Source: Macrostomum hystrix
Taxonomy: Eukaryota; Animalia; Platyhelminthes
Direction: 5' to 3'
Length of the DNA stretch: 64,000 bases
Assembly: GCA_950097015.1 (NCBI GenBank)
Contig: CATNEN010000031.1
Location: 62,001-126,000, forward strand
Shown here: positions 35,116 through 49,282 of the stretch, in pieces
Layout of the letters: each line of letters starts with the position of its first letter
How positions within the stretch are numbered: the stretch's first letter is position 1
Program-made: the position numbers and the translations under genes
The notes under the pieces: generated by a model
Database searches by the model: none
What the model was told of the DNA's origin: nothing
The model's input: only the letters and a program-made list of their open reading frames with translations

Positions 35116-38100
35116 TGACGCGAAGATCGATTTCATAGGACAGCTCGCGCTTGCAGTTATTGACAGCCTCACAGTTGTAGATTCCAGCCATGTCCTTGGT
35201 CAGTCTCGTGAAGTCAAGCGTGCCAAGCACAGTGTAGGTGCCGTAAGAATTGCGGTTGGTGACCCGGTTGCTTTCTTCCACGCCGACTTGGGGTAGGGCG
35301 GCCCAGTTGCGGCGCCAATTAATTGTGGGTCGGTCCATTCCCTCCGCACTGCAGGTCATGGTGACTGACTCGCCGACTCGTTTTTCCACCACTGCCCGAG
35401 CAGTTGGCTTAAGAAGACGAAGACCTGTAAAAATGCAATTAGGATTCACGGGTGAGGGTCAATCAGCAAGAAAGGTAAAAAAGGAAACAACTGAGACACA
35501 AAGAACACAGAAATTATAAATTCACATGATCACTAACGCGGCCATTAGGAACTCTCACTCACACTGGCTCGGGTCGCAGACAAGCTCGTCGGTGCCACCT
35601 TCGCAGTCACTCTCTTTATCGCACTCGTAGTTGCGCTGGATGCACTTGTCTGAGCTTCGGGGGCAGCAAGTCTCTTCTGGCCGGCACCGGGTGCAAGAGT
35701 TCTCTTTGACTGAGCGGTGTGAAAATTCGCAGTGTGGCATTCAACAGTCAGCAAAAGCGTATCATCAAGTTAAAGCAAAGATACGGGCGTAGGAAAGTTT
35801 TTATCGATTGGGAAATGGGCCGGAATTTTTCCCCTCCCCGCAACGAGCATTTCCCGCAGCAGTTTCCCTCGGCAAGCTTTCCCATCGAGATTTCCCGTCC
35901 CGGACAGTACAGGCTTTGTCCAACTTCTGGTATCTTGGCGTCGGCTAGAAATTTTCCTTGATCGATTAATTTCTAGACAGTTACGAGATGGTTCAGACTT
36001 TCGTGAGCAATGCTGCATTTAGGGAGTATGAATAGAAAACGACGAGTGTATTTGGTAGTAATGTTAGGTTTTTTAAATTACTTCGTAGTAGTACGAGTTG
36101 CCGAGAAAAGGCACAAAAACCTCTCGAATTTGTTACATTAATGTTATTCATGTTACATTACTTAATGTTATGCATTGTTAAGTCTGTGACGTATCGGGGC
36201 CTGGCCCAAAGTAACGAAGGCGAGGCTGTGTAGCGGTAGCACTTTTCTTTGACACAGTAGAACGATGGCGGTACAACACCGGCGATGATAGCTTCTAGTT
36301 TATTATTGATATGACTGAACTGATAGGGGTTCCGTTCGTTATCAGTCGGACCGCAATGGCAGTATTGGGAGTGCACTATAGACGGCTATGCAACAAAATA
36401 GGTTACTAAATTTAGCAAGATGATGAAGTGGCGAGGATATCGATGTAGTGAAGGCTGCCCGAGCTAGGCGAGAATCCAAATGGCGATGATACCGAACAAT
36501 AAACCGAGGCGAGAGAAAGGGTGACGATACTACCGTGGCGATGAAGCGGACTGTGGCGGTGGCGTGATCGAGCAGTGGCTATACTTCTGGCTGATGAGAT
36601 ACGAGACGAGAATTGGCGGAATGGAGAAGGCAGAGTGGCTCGCTACGACTCCAGAAACCTGGACAAACCCCGGGGGCAGCCAAACCAACCTAGACTGATA
36701 ACGAGCGGGCTGGGGTGGGTGCACGCGAGAAGCTTAGTTTTGGCCACGCATAAAATATGCACAGCCCTCTCATTCGCTGGCACGGAAAAACACATTGGCC
36801 TTACAGCCAGGCTCAAAATTATTGATTAAATTGTACGCAGGGTCCGGTCGCGTTAAGTAAATTTAGATGAATTCGTACTCTAACGTTTACTTAATACGCT
36901 CGTAGTACCGCGTAATTAAAAGAGAAAATAATGGGTTAAATTAAACAAACGTGTTATTGTTAAAGCGGCCTCCCTCGGGGTCACCAACACCTGACAACGT
37001 CACAAGTCGCTAGTTCTTTAGACTATTGAGATATTCACTGGCCGAAGGTCGGAAGTTTCCCTTAAGTGCTAGTGTATTTCACACACCCCTATACACGAAT
37101 TTGCACTGCGCCTCAGTGCGGCCTTGCCAGGCCTTCAAACTTTATCAGCTCGTCACCCGAATGTGCCTGCATCATCTCTGTCTTTGGTGGTCACCGACCT
37201 TTATCAAGATGGACTACCAGACCTTAAAGGGCTAAAAACTGTGGAAATAGGCCAATATGGACACCCTGACGCGAATTTCTCCAATTCACTGCTGAAGTCT
37301 AAATATTAGGCGCAGGCGAACCATACCACACCATCACCTAGCCTGTCAACCATTGAGTCACCATCCAACGCTGTTAGCATTCAGGCGCTGCCAAAAAATT
37401 TCAGGGGGGATTCTCCCCTTTTTGTATATAAAACAGGCGGAAAAATGGCTTTGTAGTTCTACTATTAAGAGGAAACTAAACGAAATACTAATACATTTGA
37501 AATGAGACAAAGCTTACTTACAACAGAACTTAAAGTGCAGAGACAGGTTCTCGTCATAGCCGTTTCCGCAGTCGTCTTGGCCATCACACAGCCAATGCTT
37601 GAGGACGCAGCGCTTGCTGGGGTTTTGACCATTGTGCATCTCGCACTTCACTTCGTTTGGCTCACACTCTGCGTCGGTTCGATAATAGATATTCACATGA
37701 ACTTGTGTGCAAAGCAATCATATGTAGGCAAGGTACAGCTTGATCCCCCCTATAGATCATACCTGTATCACACCTTAGTCCTGCACTCAGCTCAGTCATG
37801 CACTTAGCTAGGTCACGGTACTTATTTCTCAGTTCAGCCTGTATTCAGCTCATTCCCGTACTTAGTCCTGTCACTCAGTCTGGGTTGTTTAGTTTTCCCA
37901 CGCTTCTAATTTCAGCCCAATCGAGTCCACAAGTGCAGTCAGTGTACTCACTGTCGCAGTACTCAGGCCTCTCATCAGCACCGTCGGAACAGTCAGCATT
38001 TTTGTCACACTTCAGGCTGGAATCCTTGCAAGTCTGATCACAGACGAATTGCGCACTCGTGCAGAACTGTAGGTTGCTGACGTTTGAACTATTGAAGTTG

Positions 38101-41100
38101 AGTTAGGATTTGGATCGAGAAAAATGCATAATTGAATGTATACACTACAATAAATGAATGAATGAAAGGCATTCATTTTTACTGTAGCAAAAGGACATAA
38201 GTCAACGCAATATCGGACCTGAAATTGCTTCTGATTGGGCTAGTAGATCGGTAGAAACCCGCGAAGTTATAATTACAGCTATAGTTTCCACTGTCGCTAG
38301 GCCCAGCGTTGCGAAGAATGAAACGGAAAACCGTCGGGCTGACCATCTCCTGGCGCAGCTGAAGTCGTACATTATCCTTGAATAAGGACACTCCGACTGG
38401 CTGGACAGCCCAGTTAAAGGGCACTCCGTTGAACTGGCACTCCAGGGTCACGTCGCGGCCTCCAAGGAACACCAGGCGAGGAGGATTTCTCTCACCCTCC
38501 ACAATCAGGTCTAATGACACTAATATATAGAGAATTTGGAGATAAAAGGAACAGTGTTTACTCTTTCACGCGGATAAAAATGCACTTAAGAGACTGGCAA
38601 AAGGTAATTCAAATCGATAAATGACCCAGTCCTACCCATTCTAATGCTGGAATCAGTCTGTTAAGCTGAAGCAGTGAGGAAGTAAGTGTCTCGCACTATT
38701 TGGCACCAAAATGTTTCTCCTGGACATCTATTTTAACCTCAGACCTGCTGGCAATGAGTCCGAAGCTAATAGCACTAGGCTGACATGCGGTGTGTGATAT
38801 GGAAAGTGAGATATATGAGTGAGATACGATACATGTACTTCATGTAGATAGTAGAGACGTACTAGTATATGCTGATTTATATATAAGCATATACTCGCGC
38901 CTTCTCCACCGCGCTGGGCAACTCCCAAACTGCCCAGTATGCCGACATCTGCGCCGCCATTCACTCCGCAGCGGAAAACACGCTGCCACTCCTCGTGCGA
39001 CTCCCACAGCGCTCGCAACCAGTGTGGATGAGCGACCCAGCAATCAGAGAGGCCAAAGAGCGATTGCAACGACTTAGGAGGAGCAGGCGCGCAACAGACG
39101 AGGCAGAAAATGCTCTTGCCACTGTCTACAAAGAGCAGCAGCTGGCTGCGGTGGGCGAGGCCATCCGTGTCACCTGTCACATCCGCCGCCCCGGACAGGA
39201 AGAGCGGCACCGCCTGGACTGCCACTAACACCCTCACGGGCAGGAAACAGCGCTCGGCACTTAACCTGGCTGGGGACACATCAGAGGAGCGCAAGAACAG
39301 CCTGCGGGACTTCTTCTCCAGCATAGTGAACGCGCCGCCTCCTGCACTCCCCGATGCACTCGCACTACCACCAGGCACATCGCTGCCGCCTCCACACAAA
39401 TTCTGCACCGGACATGTGACTGCAACCGACGTCTCTCAGCTCGCCAAGAACACACCAGGCGGCAAGGCTACGGGCCCCGACGAAATCCCAATCGAGGCGC
39501 TCAGAATGCCCAAGGTTGCCCAGGAGATAGCTCGGGTGATCAATGGTGTCCTCGACACAGGCATCGCACCTCCTGAGTGGACCCGAGCCCACATCGTCGG
39601 CATCCCCAAGAAGCCGGGCACAAACAAGATCGAAGAACACCGAGGCATCTCCTTAATGTCCTGCGCCGCCAAGCTGTATAACAAGTTGCTACTGATGCGC
39701 TTGCAGCCTGTGCAGGACCCGTACCTGCGGCATGAGCAGAATGGGTTCCGGCCACGACGCGGCACTGTCACACAAATTCTGGCGCTCCGGAGAATCATCG
39801 AGCACATTCGCCAATCAGACCTTTTCTGTCTGTTTGTTGACTTCCTGGAGGCTTTCGACTCAGTGGCTCGAGGCGCGATACCACTGGTTCTCCGAGCCAA
39901 CAATGTCCCAGAAAAGCTGATCGCAGCAGTGATGGCGCTCTATCAAGACACGCTCGCCGCTGTGGTCACACCTGATGGCTTGTCTGACCCATTCACAACA
40001 TCATCCGGAGTCCTGCAGGGAGACACCCTCGCTCCCTTCCTGTTCATCCTCATCCTGGACTGGTTGCTGCGGACAGGTCTACCAGACAACTCAGACGGCT
40101 ACATCCTATGCAGGCGAACAAGCAGCCGGCACCCAGAGAAGCGACTGGTAGTCCTAGGCTACGCCGACGACCTGGCCCTGTTAGCCTCCACCGCTGAAGG
40201 TGCCCAACGCCTGCTTGACGGCCTCGCTGCTGCCGCTGCAAGGGTTTGCCTCAAAATCAACGCCAAGAAGACGGAGGTCCTCACTGTGCCTGCCGACCCG
40301 ACTGTTCCAGGCGGTTGTGGAAACCGTGCTTTTCTACAATGCCGAAACCTGGACCATGACGGAGGTGCTGCAACGTCAGCTGGACGCAGCTCACTCAAGC
40401 CTGCTGCGCGCTGCCTTCAGCATCCACCGCCACACCGATCATGTCACAAACCAGGCCCTCTATCAATGGGCAAAGCTGAGCCCTCCAAGCGTGATCCTGC
40501 GACAACGGCGCCTGAAGTTGACGGGTCACGCTCTCCGCGCTGAGTCCTACTGCCCGGAGCCGCTGCAGGAGGTTTTGCTGCACACGCAGCAGGGCCCATA
40601 CCGGCGAGGTCAGGCGCGAACCCGGAGGTTCATCGACTGTCTGTTAGAAGACGCCAGGGCGCCCGATCAGGCAAATGGCGCTGCCTTCATCAGAGACTGT
40701 GCGGCCAGACGTGTTTTTTGACAATGCCCCCCTTTTCAGGCCACTTGTGGTCGGTGGACATTGTACTTATTGTATTGTATTGTATTGATTTATATGCAGA
40801 TTTTCAAGCTAGATGAATACGTTACCATATAAAATAATTTTTTATGTCAAGTCGAACCGACATTTACGAGCGATTGTTGGCGATTGTAGAGGTTTAAAGA
40901 CATCCCAGAAACATTGTTTTTTGTATTCCTTCTATAAGCATTATTTTTCTTGTTAGCATGATTGTACGAACGTACTTACCGTCAGGTGTTCCAACAGTGA
41001 GAATGTTGGATCGCAATTCCTGTCCCTCAAATGTGGCAACGCATAAGTACTGGACGAACTTTCTGATCTCGTCAGTCAAGGCGTGATAAAAGCTGTAGGC

Positions 41101-44075
41101 ATTTATGGATCGAGAGCCCACTGAATTCACTTGCCACCGAAGGGAGCCATTTTCGCTCAACACGTAGACCTTTATATCACTGTTAAAGGGCCGATCTCTC
41201 TCACATGATAGAAAGTTGAACGAATCAGCAGTATTTAATACTGTCAAGGCTGAAATGGAACAATAAGGCACATAAGAGCAGTGATTCTTGACGATAGGTG
41301 CGACATGTGGAAACTGAAAACAAAAGAGATAAGTTCTGGTGCATAGAATCGCATGTTTAAAAAGTGACAAAATAAGAAGAAAAAGCGCAAAATGGATGGA
41401 TGGGAGCAAGAGAAGCAATACAGTGAACATCAGCATTAAGTTTACTTGATTGGTTACGCAGTCTCTAGAAAAAGGAAGTGTAAATTTTGCTTAGTGTAAG
41501 TAACACGTGAACACCTTCAGCATTGACTCACTTAGTTTAGGTAGGACTGTCTTGATATTGGTGTAGTCGCTGCTCCCATAGAAGTTGCACACAAGCCTGG
41601 CGTTCTCCATGTCGTTCCGCTTGCTAAAGCGCAGAGCAAGGTTGCCAACGGAATCAAAGATTGTGGTGAACCCATCATCGGTGTAGCCGCCAAAGATTTT
41701 CAGTGGAGGTCGGCCGTCTCTATGAAGGATGAAGAAGGCCTGCTCTTTCATCGTCTTCTCCGGCAGCTGGCACACGATGTAGTTGTTTTGAGACATTGGA
41801 TACAAGCCTTTGCTGTAGTCCTTAATGATAACCTCTGTTAATTTTGGTAAGGCTCCTTATTTCCGAGTGCAAATTATTTGTGTAAAAGCATACTGTAAAG
41901 CTATTGCACCAGTTTTATACTAAGGTAGTTGACAAAGAAATCGAACATTTAGACTGATTATTTCAAATGAGTCAGAGCACTGATTCACCTCCATAGTTGA
42001 CGCTGATCTTTACTGTGTGGTTAATATTGTCCTTGTCGCACTTGTAGTAGCCGGAATATTTAGGCATCATGCGCGGAATATTAAGCGTAGACAAAGTTGC
42101 CAGGTACTTGATCTCCAGTTCCGGTGGCGCGTCAACTACCGGGCTGTATGAGTCTGAACCGTCGGCCTTAAACATCCAGTTGGGCTGTTTGATGACTGTT
42201 GTGGATCCGTTACCGTGGCACTCTAGTGTGATTGGCGCTAGGTAGCGAACATTATACGGTAGGGGCGTATTCTCGTAGTTCGATGCCCGCACGGGACCTT
42301 TAAAAGCATTGAAAAGGATGGATCAAAGATGGTGTCCGTGATCAAAACAGTTAGGACACATTTTAGAAAGTCCGTGATTAAGTTTTAATTAAGAAATCGT
42401 CTGATAAAATATTTACTCACGAATTTGCAGATTCTCTGAGTACATGGCCCAACTGTACTGTATATTCTCCGGGTTGCGCCGACTGTAACACCGGTAGATA
42501 GTGAATCCCTTACCGTGCTCGCGGGACAGGGCAGTGTAGGTCATGCGCACTATGCGGCCCTCAGATGAGTATTCAAAGAGACCAGAGTTGTCGCGGTAGC
42601 TGCTCAATGAGATGGGAGTGCAGGGAGTGCAGTGTGTGTGATTTGCCATTTTAGCATATTCAGAGAAGTGATACAATCTGGGAGACTTAAAGTGCCAAAG
42701 CAGCAGAGAAGATTGATTCGATAGAAAGGATTTTCAGATCAGATAAGAGAGGAAAAAAGTTTTTAACTAAAAAACTATACAATGAATGTGTAGATAGAGC
42801 CAGAGATTAAAAAACGTATAGAAGAACAACATAGCTCGTACTCGTATATTAAGGGAAAGCTTTTCGGCATCGAAATTCGGACTTCTGTGCAAGACTCACG
42901 ATTCCCAGACGAGATCATTGCTTTCAGGAACTCGGCAATAGGATTCGAACACGTCCTCGCCATGGGCAGTTCCGACGCGCTTGATGTCACTGTTGGGAAT
43001 CTGATCCTGGCTTGGCTCTAGGAATGGGCAATGTACAGAATGACACGGCGGCTGAAAATTCCGTACATTATAAAGCATTCAGAACAAACAATATAATCAG
43101 CTTTACGCTTGGCTGAGTCATTGACAGCCGAAATGAGTAATCACAGTGCTTAAAACTTGAGGAGCTCCTGCGAAAATCTCGGTGGACCATAGAATTAAAC
43201 GATATCGATCCACATAGCGCTGATGCCATGAAAGCTACACCTGAGCGTCAACTGAGCTCGGAGCGTACAGACACTCGTACTTTCTACTCGTTAACCTTGA
43301 CCATTCCATGCGAATTTCAGTCCCCAAAAGCGTTTGAACGTGTGCCCACCAGCAATATGGGCAGGCAGGCAGGCAAAATATTAAATGGACATTTCAGTAA
43401 GGCGTCAGCCCATGAATTCGTCTTGCTGTTGACCTGGTTGCAGCGATTCACTTCCTCCAAACTAAACATTCCCCCCCCACCATGGGATTTAACTTACCCT
43501 AAATAAATCCCTAAACAAGCAACTAATCTCCTATGGATCTCCAAAAACATTCCGCCCAAAAATCGGGTAACTAAAAGTTAGTATTCTTGCGCGACTGGGA
43601 AGCGAGTTTTTCTACAGAAACTTCGTGAGTTACCATGCAGCATATGAGCACTACAAAATGTTTGTAACAGACCAAACAGCAGTTCAGCAGTCTGTGGGCT
43701 CTATTGAAATACTTGCAACTCACTTTCCGTCAAAACGATAGAATATGCGTTTACATTGCCACTCTCCAGATAAAGGCAATGATAGGCGCCTAGCCGCTGT
43801 CGGCGCATTCTTTGAAGATCGTTGAAGTCGCCCCTGGTGTAACTGAGATCCACAGTGAATGATGGGCTACTACTAACGAAGTTTTTGCCCTCGCGGTCAG
43901 AAACGCCAATGAATCCGTTGCGGTTGGAACAGTTAAATGACTTGGAGCTGTCAGTGCTGATGTTGACTTGCACTAGGGTGTCTCCAATATAGCGCGTTAT
44001 AGTTGGAAGCGTCTGAGCTGTCGCAGTCGTAACCAGGGCTACGAGCAGCAAAAACAGCGGCGCCAGTTTTAGCAT
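35116..44075 (-). CDS. Secreted multi-Ig + 3xLDLa + Ig mosaic protein (perlecan domain-II-like module)
   Basis: Signal peptide MLKLAPLFLLLVALVTTATAQ. Exons: 44075-43724, 43051-42900, 42677(or 42599)-42421, 42297-41989, 41834-41515, 41313-40980, 38510-38219 (Ig), 38088-37952, 37668-37522, 35709-35563 (three LDLa), 35424-35116 (Ig). Splice phases agree from 43051 down. The exon1-exon2 link and the 3' end are unresolved. Confidence 0.8.
38883..40785 (+). mobile_element. 5'-truncated non-LTR retrotransposon (RTE-like RT) in an intron
   Basis: KATGPDEIP, RGISLMSCAAKLYN, EQNGFRPRRGT, FVDFLEAFDSV, GVLQGDTLAPFLF, YADDLALL. (TTGTA)n tail. Candidate TSD TGATTTATAT (38873-38882 and 40786-40795). Internal deletion near 40295. 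Confidence 0.9.
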
Positions 44076-46156
44076 GTTTTCAGCTGGATTCTACAATGCT
44101 TCATGATATCATAATCAACTGATGTAGCATTAGCTTCGCACTTTCAACTGATAATTCGAGAAACCATCGAATATAAGACCGCAATCACTAATTGATTGCG
44201 GTGTAAAAATTTGCGTATAATTAATATACGGCTCGTACAGTCTATAGAAAAAATCGTATAAAATGGGTAAAGGCGATTACGTTTATATTTAAATCAAGGT
44301 ATCATTCAGACCGACGACAACGCTAAAACAATGACTTAAATTACCCACCGAAGCTTGGGCTCGTTCTCAATGGCGGTATGCTCTCGTAGTGCTCTATATA
44401 CTTACTTTAAAAAATTTCGTACACAGGCTTGAATAAACGTCTTTTTAAGTACCGTAAAAATATTAGCTATATTTCTTTTCTGTTGTCTAACAGTTACAGC
44501 TATTTATACGAATAAGCGAAAATGGACCGAAGCCGAGTGATCGTGTAACTCACCAGCAAATAACTTGCTTGATTCTCCCGTGCAAGAGAATTAAGACTGA
44601 AACTGACTGGGCACACGTTTTTGGTTTTTATATACATTTGGGCTCAAAAGAGTTAGTTATCTTTCCACTTCCGAGGCAAGTCTAGGTCAGGTGCAGCCAG
44701 AGTGTCGCACGCCTCAAGCAAAGATTAGGTCAAAGGAGCCGCTCTAAGTTAGCGTTTGCTGGTACAGGCAACCGAACTAACTGATTGTTTCAGCAAAACA
44801 GAATGCACAGTGCAATACAATGGCCATTCCAAGATAACGAATTAATATATCCAAGTGACAAGACAGCATAAAGTAATCCAGCTATGAATGATCTTGCAAA
44901 CACAACCAGTCCCGCAACTCATTTATTTCAGACACCAGAGATTATGGCTCCCAAGGTTCGTTATCGCAGCAGGTGCGTCTTGCATGATCGTTCAGCCTTT
45001 GCTGGGTAAAAAATAAACACAAGACAGTTCTATATTCGGCTGGATATCATTGTGGTTATTCAAGGTTATCCAAGCTCAAAGCATAAGAGCGTAATGACAT
45101 ATTGCATGATATCAGCTATCAGTAGCTTTTCATTTCGTGATGTTTCACTTTCTAATCAAATCTAAATTAACTTCCCTGTTTTTTTACAAACAAGCCTCCA
45201 ATGTCGCTGTAAAGAAAAACAGCATATTCTCAAATCATCAGTGAAAATAAACAAACAAATCCATGGTTATGAAGTTCACTTCGATTTTTGTAAACTCAAA
45301 GTACCCAGAAGTTACACAAATACGAGAAGCAGTAAAAGTGTAAGAGCTAAAACTCATAGATGAGCTCAATAAAAGTGTTAACGCAAGATCTAGTTTTATT
45401 TTTTTCGAACCTATACGAACATTATAAAACTTATTGCAACGACTAAATACGAGAGGTTGCAAAACCAACACAAAAAATATTAGAACTACGAATACTTTGT
45501 AGGGGAAAAGTGATAATGACATACAGTTGGACAATCTTAAAAGCCGGAAAATATTTTGATCGACCAAATTATCCCAGATGTTTAGCTCATTTCAGATACA
45601 AATTTACGATTTAATCTACGTAAGTCGGCCTGAGGGTCTCCCTAAGTAAGGAGCCTACTGGGACATCGTAAAATTGAATTACGTGAAACAGCGAAGCATG
45701 ACAAAATTATTAAGAGGAAACTAAACGAAAGAAAAACATGAATACATTTCAAATGAGACAAAAGCAAAGGCTAATTGAAACTTAAATATAGCAGACAGGC
45801 ATTTACCAACTATATCAGAAGTCTATATCTGGGTAATCAAAAGTGTTAAAATAGTATAGATCTAAGAAACAGAGATTATATGCAGCATATCTACAGCACG
45901 ACTTAGGTACAATGTAACATTAATTCCTCTCAGAGGTATAAAATAAAAAGCTATTTTAAAGCTATTTGAGTAATAACAGCCTCCGGAACAGTAAAAGTTG
46001 CGCTTACTAAAACAAAAGCATACATATTTACAGATGAAAAAGGTATTCGTACTCACAGTATTGAAAATGTTTAAAAGAAAAAACTTATAAGGCATAACAA
46101 GCAATACTATACGCTTAATGCATCCTGTCTTCAGATAGGGCCTCATGCAGAAACTG

Positions 46157-49100
46157 TCAGATCGGGCTGTCGATAACAGCCACTCCAGCATAGCTGCGGC
46201 CAGTCATCATGCTGTTGGGTAGCAGAACCCATGAATCAGTTCGAGGATCATAGCGCTCCACGGAGCCCAGATTCGAAGAGCCGTCATCGCCACCCACCAC
46301 AAACAGGTAGCCATTGTAGGCGACAACTCCAGCATTGCGTCGGCACAGGTGCATGTTGGCCACAACGGACCAGGCACCGGAAACGGGACTGAATCGCTCT
46401 ACACTGTTCCTTACCAACGGCCCGTCGTGCCCACCAACGGCGTACAGGTGGCCATCGAGGGTACCGACGCCGGTGCCGCTGCGGCGACATGTCATGTCGG
46501 CCACTGGGTGCCAGTTGTCCTGCGCCGGATCGTAGCGTTCAACGCTGGCTAGACACTGGCGGCTCTGGCCATCATAGCCACCTACTGCGTACAGACAGCC
46601 GGAAAGAACGCCGACTCCTACCGAGCTGCGGCGTGTAGCCATCGAGGCAATAGGGCTCCACTTGTTGCCGGCCGGATTGTACACTTCAGCAGTATTAAGC
46701 CCGCTAGAACCGTCAAAGCCGCCGACCGCGTAGACGAGACCATCAAGAGAGGCCACGCCCAAAGTGGAGCGGCGCGCCTCCATGTTGGCCACAGTGGCCC
46801 ACTCGTCCCTAGTTGGGTCGTATACCTCGCAGGTGCGCACGCGCAAGGAGCCGTTGAAGCCACCGACGGCGTAGACTAGGCCGCCAACAAGGGCCACACC
46901 GCAGCGGCAGCGACGCGAGGGCATCTCCGAGACTGGGTACCAGCGCTCCTCTTTGAAGCTGAAGCACTCAACAGTGCGAATAGCCTTGGGCGCCTGACCG
47001 CCAATTACTATCAGTATCTTGGGTAGACCCACCGGGTTTCGCGGTCTCGTACGCTCGCTGCGATACTTAGCTTTCTGGTCAGGCTTAAGCAAGTGATAAC
47101 GCAGCGCCTCAATCAGGTAGTCCTTGCAGCACAGGCTGCCCTTCAGCAGGGCCTCTTCCTCAACAATTCGCAACAGGTAATCTTGTGGTAAATGGGCGAA
47201 TCTAACATGCGACAGAAGCGAATCGGCGTGCTGCTGCCGGTTTGCGAGGTCTTGTTTTAGCCATTTGAAGACAGCCTCGATGACCTCGACCTGTAAGGTA
47301 GAGGTAGAAACCAATGCGATTTACCTTTTTTTCAAAGCAAATGCTAGCTTAGCTGCCCAGCGTTTTTCAAGAATTTAAACTAGATTTAAGGACAGCAGAG
47401 TATTACCTTAGTGCGTCCAAAAAGTTCTTAGACACCCCTAATATCTCTGCATGTGTTCGACCGATTTTGATGAAAAAATACACAATCATAAATTAATATG
47501 TAATAAATTCAGCGCTAAAGTTTTAAATTAGTCGGGTGGACAGAAAAAAAGTTATCGATCATTTACTAAAGAACCAACGAAATTAGCAATACGATTTTTT
47601 AAGAGCATCGAATCGGGATACCAAGTGGGATGTCGCATCTGGTCTTTAGAATGGGTCAGCAAAGTATCGGGTGGTTAATTTTAAAGCTTTCGCTAGGTAT
47701 AAATCATTAATAGCAAGCTTATAGTCATTTAGTCATAGATTATAAAGAGCGAAAATGAAAAAGCAGTAGGCAGCACAAGTCTGAGTGCGCAGAAACAACG
47801 TCAGACGTTTGAGACAAAGAGTATTGAGATCACTTTGATTTGAGAATGGCTAGCGCATAGGGCAATAAAATTTCTCAGCGCCGGATCGTTTATGCCTTTG
47901 CTGACGAAGGCATGTCCGTGAGCAATATCCACCAGAGATTGCTCAGTCGCTTTGGAGACGATGTCTGCTGTCGAGCAACCATCGCGAACTGGGTCCGGAA
48001 GAGAAAGGACGGCGAAACGAGCGTGCTGAGGGGCTGATTAGAGCGATTCCTAGGGGCATGTGGTCGGCGTGGATCGAGGAGCTGCCAACGCGGTATGATA
48101 AGTGCATTCGACGGAATGGAGACTTTTTTGAAGATTTTCACGATTGGTAACCTGAAATTTTGAAGTTCCAGAACTTGCCAGCTGAACTGTTTGCTCGTTA
48201 ACTTAAACTTGTTTTGCGCTAAAATCGTATTGCCAATTTCGTTGGTTCTCTAGTAAATGATTGACAACTTTTTTTCTGTCCACCCGACTAATTTAAAACT
48301 TTAGCGCTGAATTTATTACATATTAATTTATGATTGTGTATTTTTTCATCAAAATCGGTCGAACACATGCAGAGATATTAGGGGTGTCTAAGAACTTTTT
48401 GGACGCACTAAGGTAGTTAATTTCTCGCATTTTTTAAAAAAGCATCTGATTAAACAGCAAACGCAGGGCAAAACAACAAGCGAACCTCAGCGGAGCATGT
48501 GAGCCGATCAGAGCAGACCAATTGCCGCAATTGATCGTAGGTAAGCTGGAGAAATTCTTCCTCGTGCTGCATGACCTTTGTAAAGTACTCCTCTGCATAC
48601 TGCCTGGCCGCATTGTATAGCTCTGTGCAGGAGTGCATGTCGGCAAAGCGCAGAATTCCCAGACAGTTGGAAGGGTGCAGCTGGCTCTGCAGAAAGTCAC
48701 AACAGGCCTCGCGCACCTCGGCCAGTTGTAGCAGGTTAGCGGCCGGCAACAGGGCTTGAACATTGTCCTCAGTTACATGAATCTCAGTAGTGTAGATAAA
48801 ATCTACCAGAGCGGCCAGAACCCGGCCATCGATTTGAAGCATGCGCACCCGGGATTGTCGCGACTCACACAGTTCGCTAGTGAACATTGCGCGAAAGTAG
48901 GCTGAGCAGGAGGCCAGAACAACTCTGGTGAAAGGGACGTCGAGGCTGGACTGCATTAGGATGTCGAGACGCATACCATTTCTATATATGGGGTGCTAGA
49001 CAGTAACGCTATGCGTACTTTGAGAAAGACCACTAATCCATAATCTTTAAAAAATAGAACCCAGAAAAGAACACGACACAGAATGGTCGGGTCACTGGTC

Positions 49101-49282
49101 CATTCCCAGTCTGACCTGTGAGCGGGAATCTCCTCGTTGTCAGCCTCCAGCAAGACGTCGCACAATAGCCGACCATCTAGCCGCATTTGATTGATGTTGC
49201 GGAACGCTTTTTGTGTGTGATTCTGAACCGACCGAAACGGCGCGCTGCAAAGTAAAAAGTCCTGCTCAGCCTCAGGTTCCAT
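46157..49282 (-). CDS. Kelch-like protein (BTB-BACK-6 Kelch), KLHL2/KLHL3/ring-canal kelch type; exons 49282(or 49414/49435)-49116, 48924-48486, 47290-46157
   Basis: LCDVLLEADNEEIPAHR|VVLASCSAYFRAMFT, BACK domain, kelch repeats, and C-terminal GRSYAGVAVIDSPI. Phases are consistent. Cannot separate KLHL2 from KLHL3, so no symbol is given. Confidence 0.92.
47406..48413 (+). mobile_element. Internally deleted mariner with ~193-bp TIRs in kelch intron 2
   Basis: TA TSD (47404-47405 and 48414-48415). TIRs 47406-47598 and 48221-48413. HTH start (NIHQRLLSRFGDD..IANWVRK) is fused to the end motif LPTRYDKCIRRNGDFFE. Confidence 0.92.

Noticed and set aside
44100-45100. Searched for an SL RNA, snRNA or tRNA gene in the intergenic region
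   Set aside because: No leader, Sm site or cloverleaf that I can support by eye.
37463-45766. ~50-bp similarity ATTAAGAGGAAACTAAACGAAA..ATACATTT.AAATGAGACAAA at 37463 and 45709
   Set aside because: Short, AT-rich, with no termini or structure; probably a fragment of a dispersed repeat.
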